The notes beneath the pieces were generated by a model that was not told where the DNA came from, ran no database searches, and was given only the letters and a program-made list of their open reading frames with translations. DNA of 64,000 nt from an uncultured Armatimonadetes bacterium (GTDB taxonomy: Bacteria; Armatimonadota; UBA5829; DTJY01): NCBI GenBank assembly GCA_963717145.1, contig OY970325.1, positions 672,001-736,000 on the forward strand. The letters run 5' to 3'. Made by a program: the position numbers and the translations under genes. Position 1 is the stretch's first letter. The number at the start of each line of letters is the position of its first letter. Below, in pieces: positions 29,865-39,037 of this stretch.

Positions 29865-30917
29865 CATGAACTTCTCCCCCGTGACTTCCTCGTAGATCGC
29901 GAGGACGTTTACGAGCGGCGTGTCCGGCTGGATGCAGTGCGCGGGCGCGAAGAAGTACCCGCCGCCCTTGCCGATCACGTCGATCCGGTGGCGCGCCTCG
30001 GCCCGGCACTGCTCGACAGTCCCGTGCGGGAGCGTCTGCTGGGTGCTGATCATCCCGCAGTAGGTGAGCTTGTCGCCGTGGAGGCGCTTCAACTCCTCCG
30101 GGTCCATGCCCACCGGCTCCGGCTGAACTGCGTCGAGGATATCGAGACCCATCTCGATCAGGCGCGGCTGAAGGAGTCGAGACGACCCGCAGCAGTGCAT
30201 CATCGTTTTCGTTCCGAACTCGTGGCCGAGGTCGATGAACCGCTGGATTCGCGGGCGGAAGAACTCGTCGAAGGTCTCCGGGCTCATCGTGGGCCCCTTC
30301 TGCGAGCCCAGGTCTTCTCCCAGGCAGAGGATGTCGATCTTGCCCTGACCGGCCTCCAGTGACCGCCTGCACCATTCGTAGTAGAAGTCCACGCGCCGGT
30401 CGATGATCGCGATGCCGACCGGGTCCTCGGTGATGATGTCGATGAGCACCTGCTCCATCCCTCGACCGCGACCGACGCCGTTGATGATGTCCGGGATGCC
30501 GGCGCTCCCCAGGCAGACCGCATAGTCCTTCACCGCCTCGATCTGCTCGGGAATGACCGAGTAGTCGTAGTTATCCGCGTCCGGCCAGTCGTAGGACTCC
30601 ACATCCTCCATAGTATAGAGGCGCGCGAGAGTGAGATCCCAAGCCTCAGCATATGTACCTCCGGCGTTGTTCTGGACCATCTTGTACCCGACTCCGAAGT
30701 CGTCACAGAAGTCTGCGCCGTTCAGTGGCTTTGGAGGCGGCTTCAGGCTGGCGGGGCCGATATGGCGGAAATCTACCTGGAATGCGTCGGTGTAGCTTCT
30801 CTCGCCGAAATGGGCGCACAGTGCTTGATGGATCTCCGGCGTGACATAGATCGTGATCGGCGGTCGGTCCGGCTGGACGTGGTTCACCGCCATCAGGACT
30901 CGTTCCTTGGGTGTCAT
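29862..30917 (-). CDS. URO-D family protein
   Basis: MTPKERV...PDRPP, RGME, EDLGSQ, HCCG, STQQTLP.GT, FAPAHCIQPDTP. Confidence 0.88.
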   Translation of the reverse strand: MTPKERVLMAVNHVQPDRPPITIYVTPEIHQALCAHFGERSYTDAFQVDFRHIGPASLKPPPKPLNGADFCDDFGVGYKMVQNNAGGTYAEAWDLTLARLYTMEDVESYDWPDADNYDYSVIPEQIEAVKDYAVCLGSAGIPDIINGVGRGRGMEQVLIDIITEDPVGIAIIDRRVDFYYEWCRRSLEAGQGKIDILCLGEDLGSQKGPTMSPETFDEFFRPRIQRFIDLGHEFGTKTMMHCCGSSRLLQPRLIEMGLDILDAVQPEPVGMDPEELKRLHGDKLTYCGMISTQQTLPHGTVEQCRAEARHRIDVIGKGGGYFFAPAHCIQPDTPLVNVLAIYEEVTGEKFM

Positions 30918-30924
30918 GTCAGTC

Positions 30925-30991
30925 TCCTGTAGGGGCGTGCCTAGTGCCGCCCGATTGGTCGCCGGGCGGCGCTAGGCACACCCCTACAGGA
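30925..30991. repeat. GTAG-type REP doublet
   Basis: TCCTGTAGGGGCGTGCCTAGTGCCGCCCG / CGGGCGGCGCTAGGCACACCCCTACAGGA. Confidence 0.85.
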
Positions 30992-31025
30992 TTATACTGC
31001 ACGAGAGGACATACGTCCAATGCCC

Positions 31026-32492
31026 GTAACAGTTCACGCTTGGGGATAACGAGTTTGATCAGGCAGGGAAGAGGACAGACTTGCCTGCGAGCAGTTGCCT
31101 GCATGATTCGAGCATGTCCAGACCCCTGACGTGCCATGTGCCAAACAGACTCATGAGCGTCATCTTTGTCTCGGAACCCTTCGCGCTTCGTGTGCCTCCG
31201 CATACCTTGCGGGCGATCACACACGGCCTCAGCGCTCGTTCTGCGCCATTGTTGTCCGACGGTACTTCCGGGTACTCTACGAACATGAACAACTCGTGCA
31301 AGCGATCTATGAATCTCTTTGCCAGCGTCTGCTGTGGAGCATCTGAGCCGACATACGGACCTGAGAGCGCCTCTACCTCTTCCTCGAAGAGTACTCGCTT
31401 CCACTTGCGAACCTCCGCCTTCTTGCTCCGGAACTCCTTTGCCCGATCGTAAACACCCTTCACCGCATCCGCCCATGCGATGACGCCCGTGTCGTCCGCG
31501 TTCCTCTCCTTCAGTTTGTGCAGATCCCTGGCCAGATGTGCCCAGCATATCTGGCGGTCTGCAACTACCGGGTTGTATCCGGCATAGCAATCCGTTACCA
31601 CTACCCCTTCGTAGTCGCCGCCTATCGTTTCCTTCGGGATCTCTCCACTCCGACTCCGCCGGTAGATGAAGTATCGCACGTTCTTAGTGGAGAAGGTCCA
31701 GATGTATCCGTTCAGCCCATCCTCTCTCCAGCCCGTCTCGTCTGCGTTTATGTATGGGCTTCCACGTACAAGCGAGAGTAGCCGCTCTTTCTCTTTTTTG
31801 CCACAGTCTGCCACCGTGTGCAATATCTCGCTTATCTCTCCCACAGAGAGCTGAAGACCATACAGAGCCTTCAGCAATCCCTGTATCGTCCGCTTTGTCA
31901 TGCGACCTACCGTCGAAAGATACGATATCAGGCTCATCAGGTTCACGCCTACCCGATGCTTGCCTACAACCTGGCCGGAAAGGTCAACCTTCGGCACATG
32001 ACTCTTGCCACAGTATCCGCATCTTCTGGCGATGAACCTGTGCTCGACTACGTCCACAGGCACGATGGGGATGTCGATGACTTGGCGGAGTCTCTTTACC
32101 GTGCCCCCTGTGAGCGCTCGGCCGCAGTCCGGACACTTCGAGTGCGCGTGCTCGACTACACGGGTGGGTGTCTCCCGCCTGCGCACGAACGACTTCTTGC
32201 GCTTCTTTCGTTCAGCTGCCCGGCGCTCTTTGCGGTTCGGCTTCACCCAGTCAGGCACGGATGGGGAACTGCCATCACCGCCGGAAAGCCTGGCGCGAAG
32301 GTCTTCGTTCTCCTTCTCCAGGTCGCCGATACGCGCCACGAGTTGGGGAACTAGACCTTCCAACTGGCTGACCCTGGCCTCAAGCTCCTCGTATGTCGGC
32401 TTGGATTGCTCGCTCACACTCCTTGGTTCGAGACGCTCCCAGCAGGTTCCTTCTTCTTACAGACAAAATAATCCCTAAGCCTGAACTGTTAC
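31026..32492 (-). mobile_element. IS66-family element, single-ORF (ISBst12-group-like)
   Basis: GTAA termini; TIR GTAACAGTTCA(C/G)GCTT(G/A)GGGAT; no tnpA/tnpB. Confidence 0.9.
31059..32417 (-). CDS. IS66 transposase TnpC
   Basis: Coiled coil, CPDCG zinc finger, ADETGW, TDCYAGY, CWAHLARD, DNNGAERALR. Confidence 0.93.
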   Translation of the reverse strand: MSEQSKPTYEELEARVSQLEGLVPQLVARIGDLEKENEDLRARLSGGDGSSPSVPDWVKPNRKERRAAERKKRKKSFVRRRETPTRVVEHAHSKCPDCGRALTGGTVKRLRQVIDIPIVPVDVVEHRFIARRCGYCGKSHVPKVDLSGQVVGKHRVGVNLMSLISYLSTVGRMTKRTIQGLLKALYGLQLSVGEISEILHTVADCGKKEKERLLSLVRGSPYINADETGWREDGLNGYIWTFSTKNVRYFIYRRSRSGEIPKETIGGDYEGVVVTDCYAGYNPVVADRQICWAHLARDLHKLKERNADDTGVIAWADAVKGVYDRAKEFRSKKAEVRKWKRVLFEEEVEALSGPYVGSDAPQQTLAKRFIDRLHELFMFVEYPEVPSDNNGAERALRPCVIARKVCGGTRSAKGSETKMTLMSLFGTWHVRGLDMLESCRQLLAGKSVLFPA

Positions 32493-32552
32493 GTCAACGC
32501 CCACAGGCAGGGTAGGGGGCTATCCGCACGGAATACCACCCTGGGTGAGGAT

Positions 32553-33542
32553 ATGAAACGTCCGGTTGTGGCGGTTACAATGGGTGATCCGGCGGGGATC
32601 GGGCCGGAGGTCGTGCTCGGTGCCTTGAAGAGCGCCGAGGTCTATGAGCGCACGGTCCCGGTCGTGATAGGGAGCATCGAAGTACTGCGGAGACAGACAG
32701 GCGTCTCTGGGATCGAGCTGGTATCCGTCGATAGTCCTGAGAACGCTGAGGGGCAGTGTGGCCGCATGGATGTGCTCGATGTGCCGACGCCCGGAGTGGA
32801 GTCGATCGTTCCGGGGAAGGTCCAGGCGGCGGCGGGAGTAGCGGCCGATGCGTACATCCGCAAGGCGTGCGACCTCGCCCTCGAAGGTCGCATCGACGCC
32901 ATCTCGACCGCACCGATCAGCAAGGAGAATCTCCGAGCCGCCGGAATCCGAGGCATCGGGCACACCGAAGTGCTTGCCGAATACCTGCATTCCCCCGATC
33001 CGCTCACGCTTTTCATCACCGAGAACATGCGTATCTTCTTCCTCTCACGGCATCTCTCGCTTCGGCAGGCGATTGACTACATCACCGAGGAGCGGATGAT
33101 CATCATGATCCGCCGGGTCGATGCGTCGATGCGGGACTTAGGCTTCCAGTCGCCGAGTATCGCTGTCGCCGCGCTCAATCCCCATGCGAGCGACGGCGGG
33201 CAGTTCGGGGACGAGGAAGTGACGATCATCATCCCCGCGATCGAGAAGGCGCGAGGCGAGGGGATCGATGTCATCGGCCCGATCGGCGCGGACTCGGTCT
33301 TTCACCAGGCTCTCGAGGGGCGGTTCGACTGCGTGATCTCGCTCTACCACGATCAGGGCCACATCGCTGCCAAGACCCGCGATTTCTTCCGCACGGTGAC
33401 CGCGACCCTCGGGCTGCCGATCCTGCGCACATCGGTCGATCACGGCACGGGCTTCGACATCGCGTGGCAGGGGAGGGCGAACCCGGTCAGCATGGAGGCG
33501 GCGATCCTGGCGGCGGCGGAGATGCTGGGGCACGGGGCGTAG
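32553..33542 (+). CDS. pdxA: PdxA-family dehydrogenase, possibly catabolic PdxA2
   Basis: TMGDPAGIGPE, GHTE, LNPHA, YHDQGH, RTSVDHGT. Confidence 0.93.
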   Translation: MKRPVVAVTMGDPAGIGPEVVLGALKSAEVYERTVPVVIGSIEVLRRQTGVSGIELVSVDSPENAEGQCGRMDVLDVPTPGVESIVPGKVQAAAGVAADAYIRKACDLALEGRIDAISTAPISKENLRAAGIRGIGHTEVLAEYLHSPDPLTLFITENMRIFFLSRHLSLRQAIDYITEERMIIMIRRVDASMRDLGFQSPSIAVAALNPHASDGGQFGDEEVTIIIPAIEKARGEGIDVIGPIGADSVFHQALEGRFDCVISLYHDQGHIAAKTRDFFRTVTATLGLPILRTSVDHGTGFDIAWQGRANPVSMEAAILAAAEMLGHGA

Positions 33543-33608
33543 GGGCGAAGCATTGGCTGCCGAGTGCGGAACAGCTTGGGCAACCGGAAGCCAATGCTTC
33601 GCCCCTAC
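33539..33608. repeat. GTAG-type REP doublet supplying the stop codons of both flanking genes
   Basis: GTAGGGGCGAAGCATTGGCT ... AGCCAATGCTTCGCCCCTAC. Confidence 0.9.
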
Positions 33609-34912
33609 ACGATGGCCTTGAACGCTTCCATCCGCTCGCAGTAGGCGCCCTGTGCCATCGGGGCGTCGAGCAGGGGGTCCTCGCTTTCCTCCATCCATTC
33701 CCGCAGCTTTCGGATGAGGTCATCTCGGATGGTCGCATGCTCCGGAGTATCGGCGAGATTGTGCTGCTCGTCCGGGTCATCGTCCAGATCGAAGAACTCG
33801 ATCGGCGGATGGTACATCACAGGGTAGGGGACATCGAGCGCCTTCGAGACCTCCACATAGGACTTCGCGTTGTTGCAGTAATCAGGCGAAGTTTCCTGCC
33901 AGGGTGCATTCTCGAAGTTGGCGATCAGCTTCCACCGCTCCGTGCGGATGGCCCTCATCGGGTCATAGTAGGTGTGATACGTCTTCTCCGCGAAGACGGC
34001 CTCGCGCGGGACGTAGTATTCCTCGGCGAGCAGCCCCTTGAAGCTGCGACCGTGCAGGTTCGAAGGAAGCGGCATCCCCGCGAGGTCGAGCAGGGTGGGG
34101 AGCACATCCACGTTCGATATCATCTCCCGGCGCGTGACTCCTCCCTGAGCGCCCGGGACGCGGATGATGAACGGCACCTCGATCCCGGGGTCGTAGAGGG
34201 TCATCTTGGCGTGAGGGAAGGCGATCCCGTGGTCCGCCGTGAAGACGACGATCGTGTTCCCGGCGACATTCGAGGAGTCGATCGCATCGACGATTCGCCC
34301 GAACGCCTCGTCGGCCGATGACACGGATGCCTCGAGTTCCGACAGGTCCTCGCGGATCTCCGGTATGTCGGGCAGCCAGGGTGGAACGGTCAAACTCCGA
34401 GGGTCCTGCGCCTCGACATCGGGGTGGTGGAACGGTCTATGCGGCTCACTGAAGCATACCTCCGCGAACAGGGGGCGAGATGAGTTTCCTCGTTGGGCCA
34501 TGAACTCCACGAAGCCATCCGCGACCTCGGCGCACCTGCCGGTCCTGTGGATCTGATCGTGCCCGCACCGCTCGGCGTGCCGGGCCTCGTGCTGAGAGCC
34601 GAAGAGGTGTGTATCGTAGCCTCCACCGCCGAGGATCTGGGCGAGATGCCGCTCCTCCGGGTGCAGGTCGTTTGCGAACCCGCCATGCGTGAGGCCGACG
34701 ACCCCGTTGGCATGGGGGAATCGCCCGGTCCATAACGCGGCGCGCGACGGACTGCACTGCGGTGCGGTGCAGAATGAGTTGGCGAACCGGATTCCTGTTC
34801 CGGCGAACCGGTCGATATTCGGCGAGCGAACGTCCTGCGCCCCGTAGCATTGCAGGTGTTGCCCCAGATCGTGGCAGATCACAACGACGATGCTCGGCTT
34901 CTCGGATAGCAT
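33605..34912 (-). CDS. Sulfatase (N-sulfoglucosamine sulfohydrolase-like)
   Basis: HDLG, CSPSR, ADHG, KMTLYDPG. Confidence 0.9.
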   Translation of the reverse strand: MLSEKPSIVVVICHDLGQHLQCYGAQDVRSPNIDRFAGTGIRFANSFCTAPQCSPSRAALWTGRFPHANGVVGLTHGGFANDLHPEERHLAQILGGGGYDTHLFGSQHEARHAERCGHDQIHRTGRCAEVADGFVEFMAQRGNSSRPLFAEVCFSEPHRPFHHPDVEAQDPRSLTVPPWLPDIPEIREDLSELEASVSSADEAFGRIVDAIDSSNVAGNTIVVFTADHGIAFPHAKMTLYDPGIEVPFIIRVPGAQGGVTRREMISNVDVLPTLLDLAGMPLPSNLHGRSFKGLLAEEYYVPREAVFAEKTYHTYYDPMRAIRTERWKLIANFENAPWQETSPDYCNNAKSYVEVSKALDVPYPVMYHPPIEFFDLDDDPDEQHNLADTPEHATIRDDLIRKLREWMEESEDPLLDAPMAQGAYCERMEAFKAIV

Positions 34913-34929
34913 AATGTTCCTTTCCTGCA

Positions 34930-34996
34930 GTGTAGTGGCCGTGCCTCAGTGCCGGCCAGTGACTTGTAGGCCGGCACTGAGGCACGGCCACTACAC
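34930..34996. repeat. GTAG-type REP doublet, copy 1
   Basis: TGTAGTGGCCGTGCCTCAGTGCCGGCC plus perfect inverse, 11-nt loop. Confidence 0.9.
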
Positions 34997-34997
34997 C

Positions 34998-35171
34998 TCA
35001 TAGATGCACGCGATGGATGATCAGCGAGTAGATCACATAGAACCAGCCGAGGAGCACATGCAGAAACGTCCATAGTATGGATTGCGTATGCCCCCACGAG
35101 ATCAGGCCGGCGATGATGCTCCCTGAGCCGACTCCGACTGCTGCGGTAGTCCTTGAATGGTTGTCAGACAT
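34998..35171 (-). CDS. Small 2-TM membrane protein (57 aa)
   Basis: GAGGTG SD; ISW...SILW...H...GWFYVIY pattern. Confidence 0.7.
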   Translation of the reverse strand: MSDNHSRTTAAVGVGSGSIIAGLISWGHTQSILWTFLHVLLGWFYVIYSLIIHRVHL

Positions 35172-35192
35172 GCTTATCACCTCTTTGGAGTA

Positions 35193-35259
35193 TGTAGTGG
35201 CCGTGCCTCAGTGCCGGCCACCGGGATGGCATGGCCGGCACTGAGGCACGGCCACTACA
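35193..35259. repeat. GTAG-type REP doublet, copy 2
   Basis: Arms identical to copy 1, different loop. Confidence 0.9.
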
Positions 35260-35261
35260 AT

Positions 35262-37508
35262 TCACTTTGGGAGCTTGGCCGTTATTCTCTCAAGCGTCGA
35301 TACGTTCCTCAGCAGCCTGCCGTCGACGTACAGACTATACCCCTTCTTGATGCCTTCATAGCGCCGTCCATCGGGCCGATCATCCCAGACGATGCTGAGC
35401 ATGTGTCCCTTGTACGGCACGCGGTCGAGCCGGAAGTGGTCCCATGGCACTCCAGCGACCGGGTACAACTCGATCACATCGTCGCTCCTCGGGACGAGGC
35501 CGCCGATGAGGGTGACGATCAGGTCGTTGTAGGTCGAGTGGAAGTAGTCCGGACAGCCGTACATCTGCCCGTCGTCTGCGTTGCCCTCCTCGCGGATGTT
35601 CGGCTGCTTCCACGTGCCCTTGTCCTCATAGTGAAGGCTCGTGTATGAGTCGAGCAGTTCCCAGACCTTCCGCGGCGTGACTGCCGGGCTCATGTAAGTC
35701 CGGATACCCTGAGCGAGGGCCTGGGCGACGAGGCTCTCCGCATGTGGCCACGTCGGGCCGTTCCAGTTGCAGAGGGTGACCTTCGGCGTGTACATCGGAC
35801 ACTTCATCGTGCAGGTGGTCACCGGGTAAGTCCCCCAGAACTCCGATGGGTCTAGGAGCGATTCGAACGCCCGCACGGAGCGCTTGTCGGCGGCCCCGAA
35901 GGTGAACGGGTAGATGCCGACCACCTCCTTGACCATCGCCTTCTCGTCCGTGCCGGTCTTGATCGAATAGAAGTACCCCGTGTGCGAGTCCCACATCAGG
36001 GTGTTGATCGCTTCCTTGATCTTGTCGGCCAACGCATCGAACTGGGACGCCTTGCCCGGATCTCCGAGCGCGCGATACGCCTCGGCGACCGCACGGGCGT
36101 TAGCATAGTAGTATGCCGTGTAGTCGGGGCGATAAAGGTTGGTCTCCTTCGAGCGGTCGTAGTTGTCGAACGCGAACCATGCGGGCTGCCATTCCATGCC
36201 GGTCGCCCAGTGGTTCGGCGGGTTGAGCAGGTAGTCCCTCAGCGGCCGGTCGGTGGCAAGCTTGCCGGGGAATGCACATTCAGTGTCCTCCGCCCACGCC
36301 GGAAGGAGCTTCGCCAACTCCCTCCTGTCGGGGTGAACGAGGTACGCGTTCCAGAGAGTCTGCGCGATCCAGTGGGTGTACCCGCCGAACCGGCGTCCGT
36401 TTGGTTCGCGGCGCTTCCCGAGGATCTCCGCCTGGCCGAATGCATACCGGCCGTCCCTGAGCCACCGCACCTCATCCATGATGTGCGGCGCGCTGTAGGT
36501 GATATGCCGCGTGTATCCCCCGCGCTTGCCCTCGAAGAAGCCGGGAACGCCGTCCTCCTCCTGGTAGTTCACGCGGACGAGCAGCCACCGATAGTACCAG
36601 CAGCGAGTCCACTTCTCGTCGGGGCAGTCGAAGTACGGGATCTCGTCCGCGAGCCACTTCTCGATCTCGGCGCGCTTCTTGTGGATGCGCGTCCTGAGCG
36701 CCTCGTCGAACCGGTCAGCGCCCATCATCGCTCGGAACGGATATCGCGGCAGTTCGTTCGGATCGAGCGCCAGGAAGCCGATCCTCTTCGCCATCTCCCG
36801 GACCGACTTCGGCGTCCGGGAGAGAGGCGCGGGCTGATCCGCAGGGACCTCGATCGGGGCATCGAGGCCGAATGATCCCGCGAGTGCCTTGGCCTCGTCG
36901 GCGCTGAGGGCCGTGTTCCAGACCATCACATCGCCGAGCGATCCCCTGAAGTGCTCGCCGACGCTCCATCCGCCGATGGTCCAGTTGTCGGGATCCTTCG
37001 GGAACGGCTGGACGGGGGAGTTCGCGACCTCTTTCCCGTTGAGATAGAGCCGCGCATGCGACCGATCATCCAAGGTGATGGCGATGTGGAACCACTGGTC
37101 CTCGGGCAGCCATAGGGTGGGTATCCAGTCGCGGCCCCAGGATGCGAGCTTGGCGGAGTAGACGGAAACGACTAGGCCGCCCGCGTCAGCCGACCCGATC
37201 ACCTGCCCAAGCGCCTCGCTGGCGGTCTTGACTCGCGCGGAAAGAGTGAAATCCCTGCGGAACTTCATCTTCTCCGGAGCGCCGACCGCGATCTGAGTGC
37301 TGCCGTCGAACGCGAGTCCCTCGGAGGTCCACTTTCCGCCGGAGAGCCTTCCGTCGGCCTTGGATGTCGAGTAGTCGTGGACGATACTCCCCTTGCTGTC
37401 GTCCATCTTGTACCAGAGCACGAGGTTGTCCGGCTGAGGGATGGCGGTCGCGCTCAATGATGACATTATCGACAGGATGGCGCTGATGACGAGGATGATC
37501 GTTCGCAC
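35262..37508 (-). CDS. Secreted LamG-domain + GH63/MGH1-like (alpha/alpha)6 glycoside hydrolase
   Basis: LVLWYKMDD, WFHIAIT, FRGSLGDVMVWNTALS; YYRW, E.RWL, WNGPTWP, DYFHSTY. Confidence 0.8.
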   Translation of the reverse strand: MRTIILVISAILSIMSSLSATAIPQPDNLVLWYKMDDSKGSIVHDYSTSKADGRLSGGKWTSEGLAFDGSTQIAVGAPEKMKFRRDFTLSARVKTASEALGQVIGSADAGGLVVSVYSAKLASWGRDWIPTLWLPEDQWFHIAITLDDRSHARLYLNGKEVANSPVQPFPKDPDNWTIGGWSVGEHFRGSLGDVMVWNTALSADEAKALAGSFGLDAPIEVPADQPAPLSRTPKSVREMAKRIGFLALDPNELPRYPFRAMMGADRFDEALRTRIHKKRAEIEKWLADEIPYFDCPDEKWTRCWYYRWLLVRVNYQEEDGVPGFFEGKRGGYTRHITYSAPHIMDEVRWLRDGRYAFGQAEILGKRREPNGRRFGGYTHWIAQTLWNAYLVHPDRRELAKLLPAWAEDTECAFPGKLATDRPLRDYLLNPPNHWATGMEWQPAWFAFDNYDRSKETNLYRPDYTAYYYANARAVAEAYRALGDPGKASQFDALADKIKEAINTLMWDSHTGYFYSIKTGTDEKAMVKEVVGIYPFTFGAADKRSVRAFESLLDPSEFWGTYPVTTCTMKCPMYTPKVTLCNWNGPTWPHAESLVAQALAQGIRTYMSPAVTPRKVWELLDSYTSLHYEDKGTWKQPNIREEGNADDGQMYGCPDYFHSTYNDLIVTLIGGLVPRSDDVIELYPVAGVPWDHFRLDRVPYKGHMLSIVWDDRPDGRRYEGIKKGYSLYVDGRLLRNVSTLERITAKLPK

Positions 37509-37512
37509 GGAC

Positions 37513-37600
37513 AAACCCCCTCGGCCCGGAGGCCGGTCCCCCTTCGTAAGGGGGACATCTGTGCTGGCCCGGAGGCCGGTCCCCCTTCGTAAGGGGGACA
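37513..37600. repeat. Tandem GGCCGGTCCCCCTTCGTAAGGGGGACA hairpin units
   Basis: Two 35-bp units; same unit at 49370-49404. Confidence 0.85.
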
Positions 37601-37651
37601 GCTTTGGTGCAAGGTTAGTGGAGTGGGGGCGAAAATCCTCTTGAGGGAGGC

Positions 37652-37688
37652 AAACAGAAAGGCCCGGGAGTTTCCTCTCGGGCCTCTG
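37652..37688 (-). terminator. Rho-independent terminator of rpsF-ssb-rpsR
   Basis: AGGCCCGAGAG/CTCCCGGGCCT stem followed by TTCTGTTT on minus strand. Confidence 0.7.
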
Positions 37689-37708
37689 ATGCGATAGAAT
37701 CCGCTGCC

Positions 37709-38014
37709 CTAGTCGGCAGTCGTGAACGGCAGCAGTGCGATCTCACGGGCGCGCTTGATCGCATGCATAATGATCCGCTGGTGCTTGGCACAGTTGCCGG
37801 TCGCTCTTCGCGGCATGATCTTGCCGCGATCGGACACGAATCTGCGCAACTTGGCCGTGTTCTTGTAGTCTATGGAATCGATCTTGTCCGCACAGAACGC
37901 GCACACTCTGCGTCGCGGCCTGCGGAACTTTCCACCGGGACCACCACGGTCACGGTCGCCACCGCCACCAGGACCACTTCTTCCACCGGGTCTTCCTCCG
38001 CTGGTTGGTCTCAT
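37709..38014 (-). CDS. rpsR: 30S ribosomal protein S18 (Zn-binding type) with Gly/Arg-rich N-terminal extension
   Basis: [25 protein letters not shown]. Confidence 0.97.
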   Translation of the reverse strand: MRPTSGGRPGGRSGPGGGGDRDRGGPGGKFRRPRRRVCAFCADKIDSIDYKNTAKLRRFVSDRGKIMPRRATGNCAKHQRIIMHAIKRAREIALLPFTTAD

Positions 38015-38045
38015 TTTCTATATCCTCCTGAAACGGTAAGGAGAT

Positions 38046-38480
38046 CTACTCCTCGGCAAACGGGTCTTCCAACTCCTGATCGGCGCCGACCGCAGCCGGC
38101 TCAGCGAGTTCGGCCGGTGCAGAGCCTTCCTCGCCATACTCCGGAACCGATTCGATGCGCTCCTTCGGCTTGTCGAGGCCCCTCAGGTTTTCCGCTATGA
38201 CTTCGGTGACGTATCGGCGAGTCCCGTCTTGGGCGACCCACGAGCGGACCTGCATCCGTCCGTCCACAGCGACCAGCCGACCCTTGGTCAGATAGGTCGA
38301 GGCAAACTCGGCAGTCTGCTTGAACGTCACAATCGGTATGAAGTCCGCTTCTTTCTCGCCCTGAGCATTGGGCCGCCGATCCACAGCGATTCGGAACGTA
38401 CAGACGGCCGTGCCGCTTGGCGAGTATTTCATCTCTGGATCGGAGGCGAGCCTTCCGATCAGTACTACTCTGTTCAACAT
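38046..38480 (-). CDS. ssb: Single-stranded DNA-binding protein
   Basis: MLNRVVLIGRL, ADFI, KGRLVAVDGR, C-terminal DPF. Confidence 0.97.
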   Translation of the reverse strand: MLNRVVLIGRLASDPEMKYSPSGTAVCTFRIAVDRRPNAQGEKEADFIPIVTFKQTAEFASTYLTKGRLVAVDGRMQVRSWVAQDGTRRYVTEVIAENLRGLDKPKERIESVPEYGEEGSAPAELAEPAAVGADQELEDPFAEE

Positions 38481-38532
38481 TCCATGTCCCTCCTGGCCTG
38501 CAGAAGTATGATTCCTTACCTGATTTATACTG

Positions 38533-38826
38533 CTATGGCTCGTCCGTGCGGACGATCAAATGGCGCATCACATCTTCGCCGATCTTCATGGTCCTGTCGA
38601 GTTCGTCTTTGACTGCCGGCTCGCCGCTGAAGTTCATAAGGACATAGATGCCTTCTCGCTGTCCCTTGACTTCGTAAGCCAGCCATCGCTTTTCCCATCG
38701 GTTGACGGACTCGACAGTACCGCCATGACCCTCTACCACTGCCTTGTATTTCTCGGTGATAGGGGTGATCTGCTCATCCGTGAGGTCCGGATGGACGATG
38801 TACAGCGCCTCGTATGGCCGTACCAT
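38533..38826 (-). CDS. rpsF: 30S ribosomal protein S6
   Basis: YEALYIVHPDL, W...LAYEV, rpsF-ssb-rpsR synteny. Confidence 0.97.
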   Translation of the reverse strand: MVRPYEALYIVHPDLTDEQITPITEKYKAVVEGHGGTVESVNRWEKRWLAYEVKGQREGIYVLMNFSGEPAVKDELDRTMKIGEDVMRHLIVRTDEP

Positions 38827-38895
38827 GGATTCACCTCCCCTCGGACTAATGGCCCTGAATCTAGTTCAGGGCAGGAAGGACGTCGGGTGCGGGCA
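38827..38895 (-). promoter_or_regulatory. Probable S6:S18 autoregulatory leader RNA
   Basis: TCCTTCCT-GCCCTGAA-ctaga-TTCAGGGC-cattagtCCGAGGGGAGG; pyrimidine tract can pair with the SD and CCG precedes it. Confidence 0.6.
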
Positions 38896-39037
38896 TACTG
38901 GCCCTGATCCTGGTGGATCCCCGACGCACTAGCCTCCACGGCATGCGCCGTGGACTTATTGTCGCGACAGTCTACCACGTTCGGCCGGAGTATGCAAGTC
39001 CGTTGCGTCAAGCGCGGCTACTCCGGTATAATGAGCG

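Noticed and set aside
31018-32502. 8-bp IS66 target-site duplication
   Set aside because: CAATGCCC versus GTCAACGC do not match; the similar CAACGCCC is offset by 2 nt
34930-35259. Integron attC cassette
   Set aside because: Perfect GTAG/CTAC palindromes lack RYYYAAC/GTTRRRY cores and extrahelical bases; no intI
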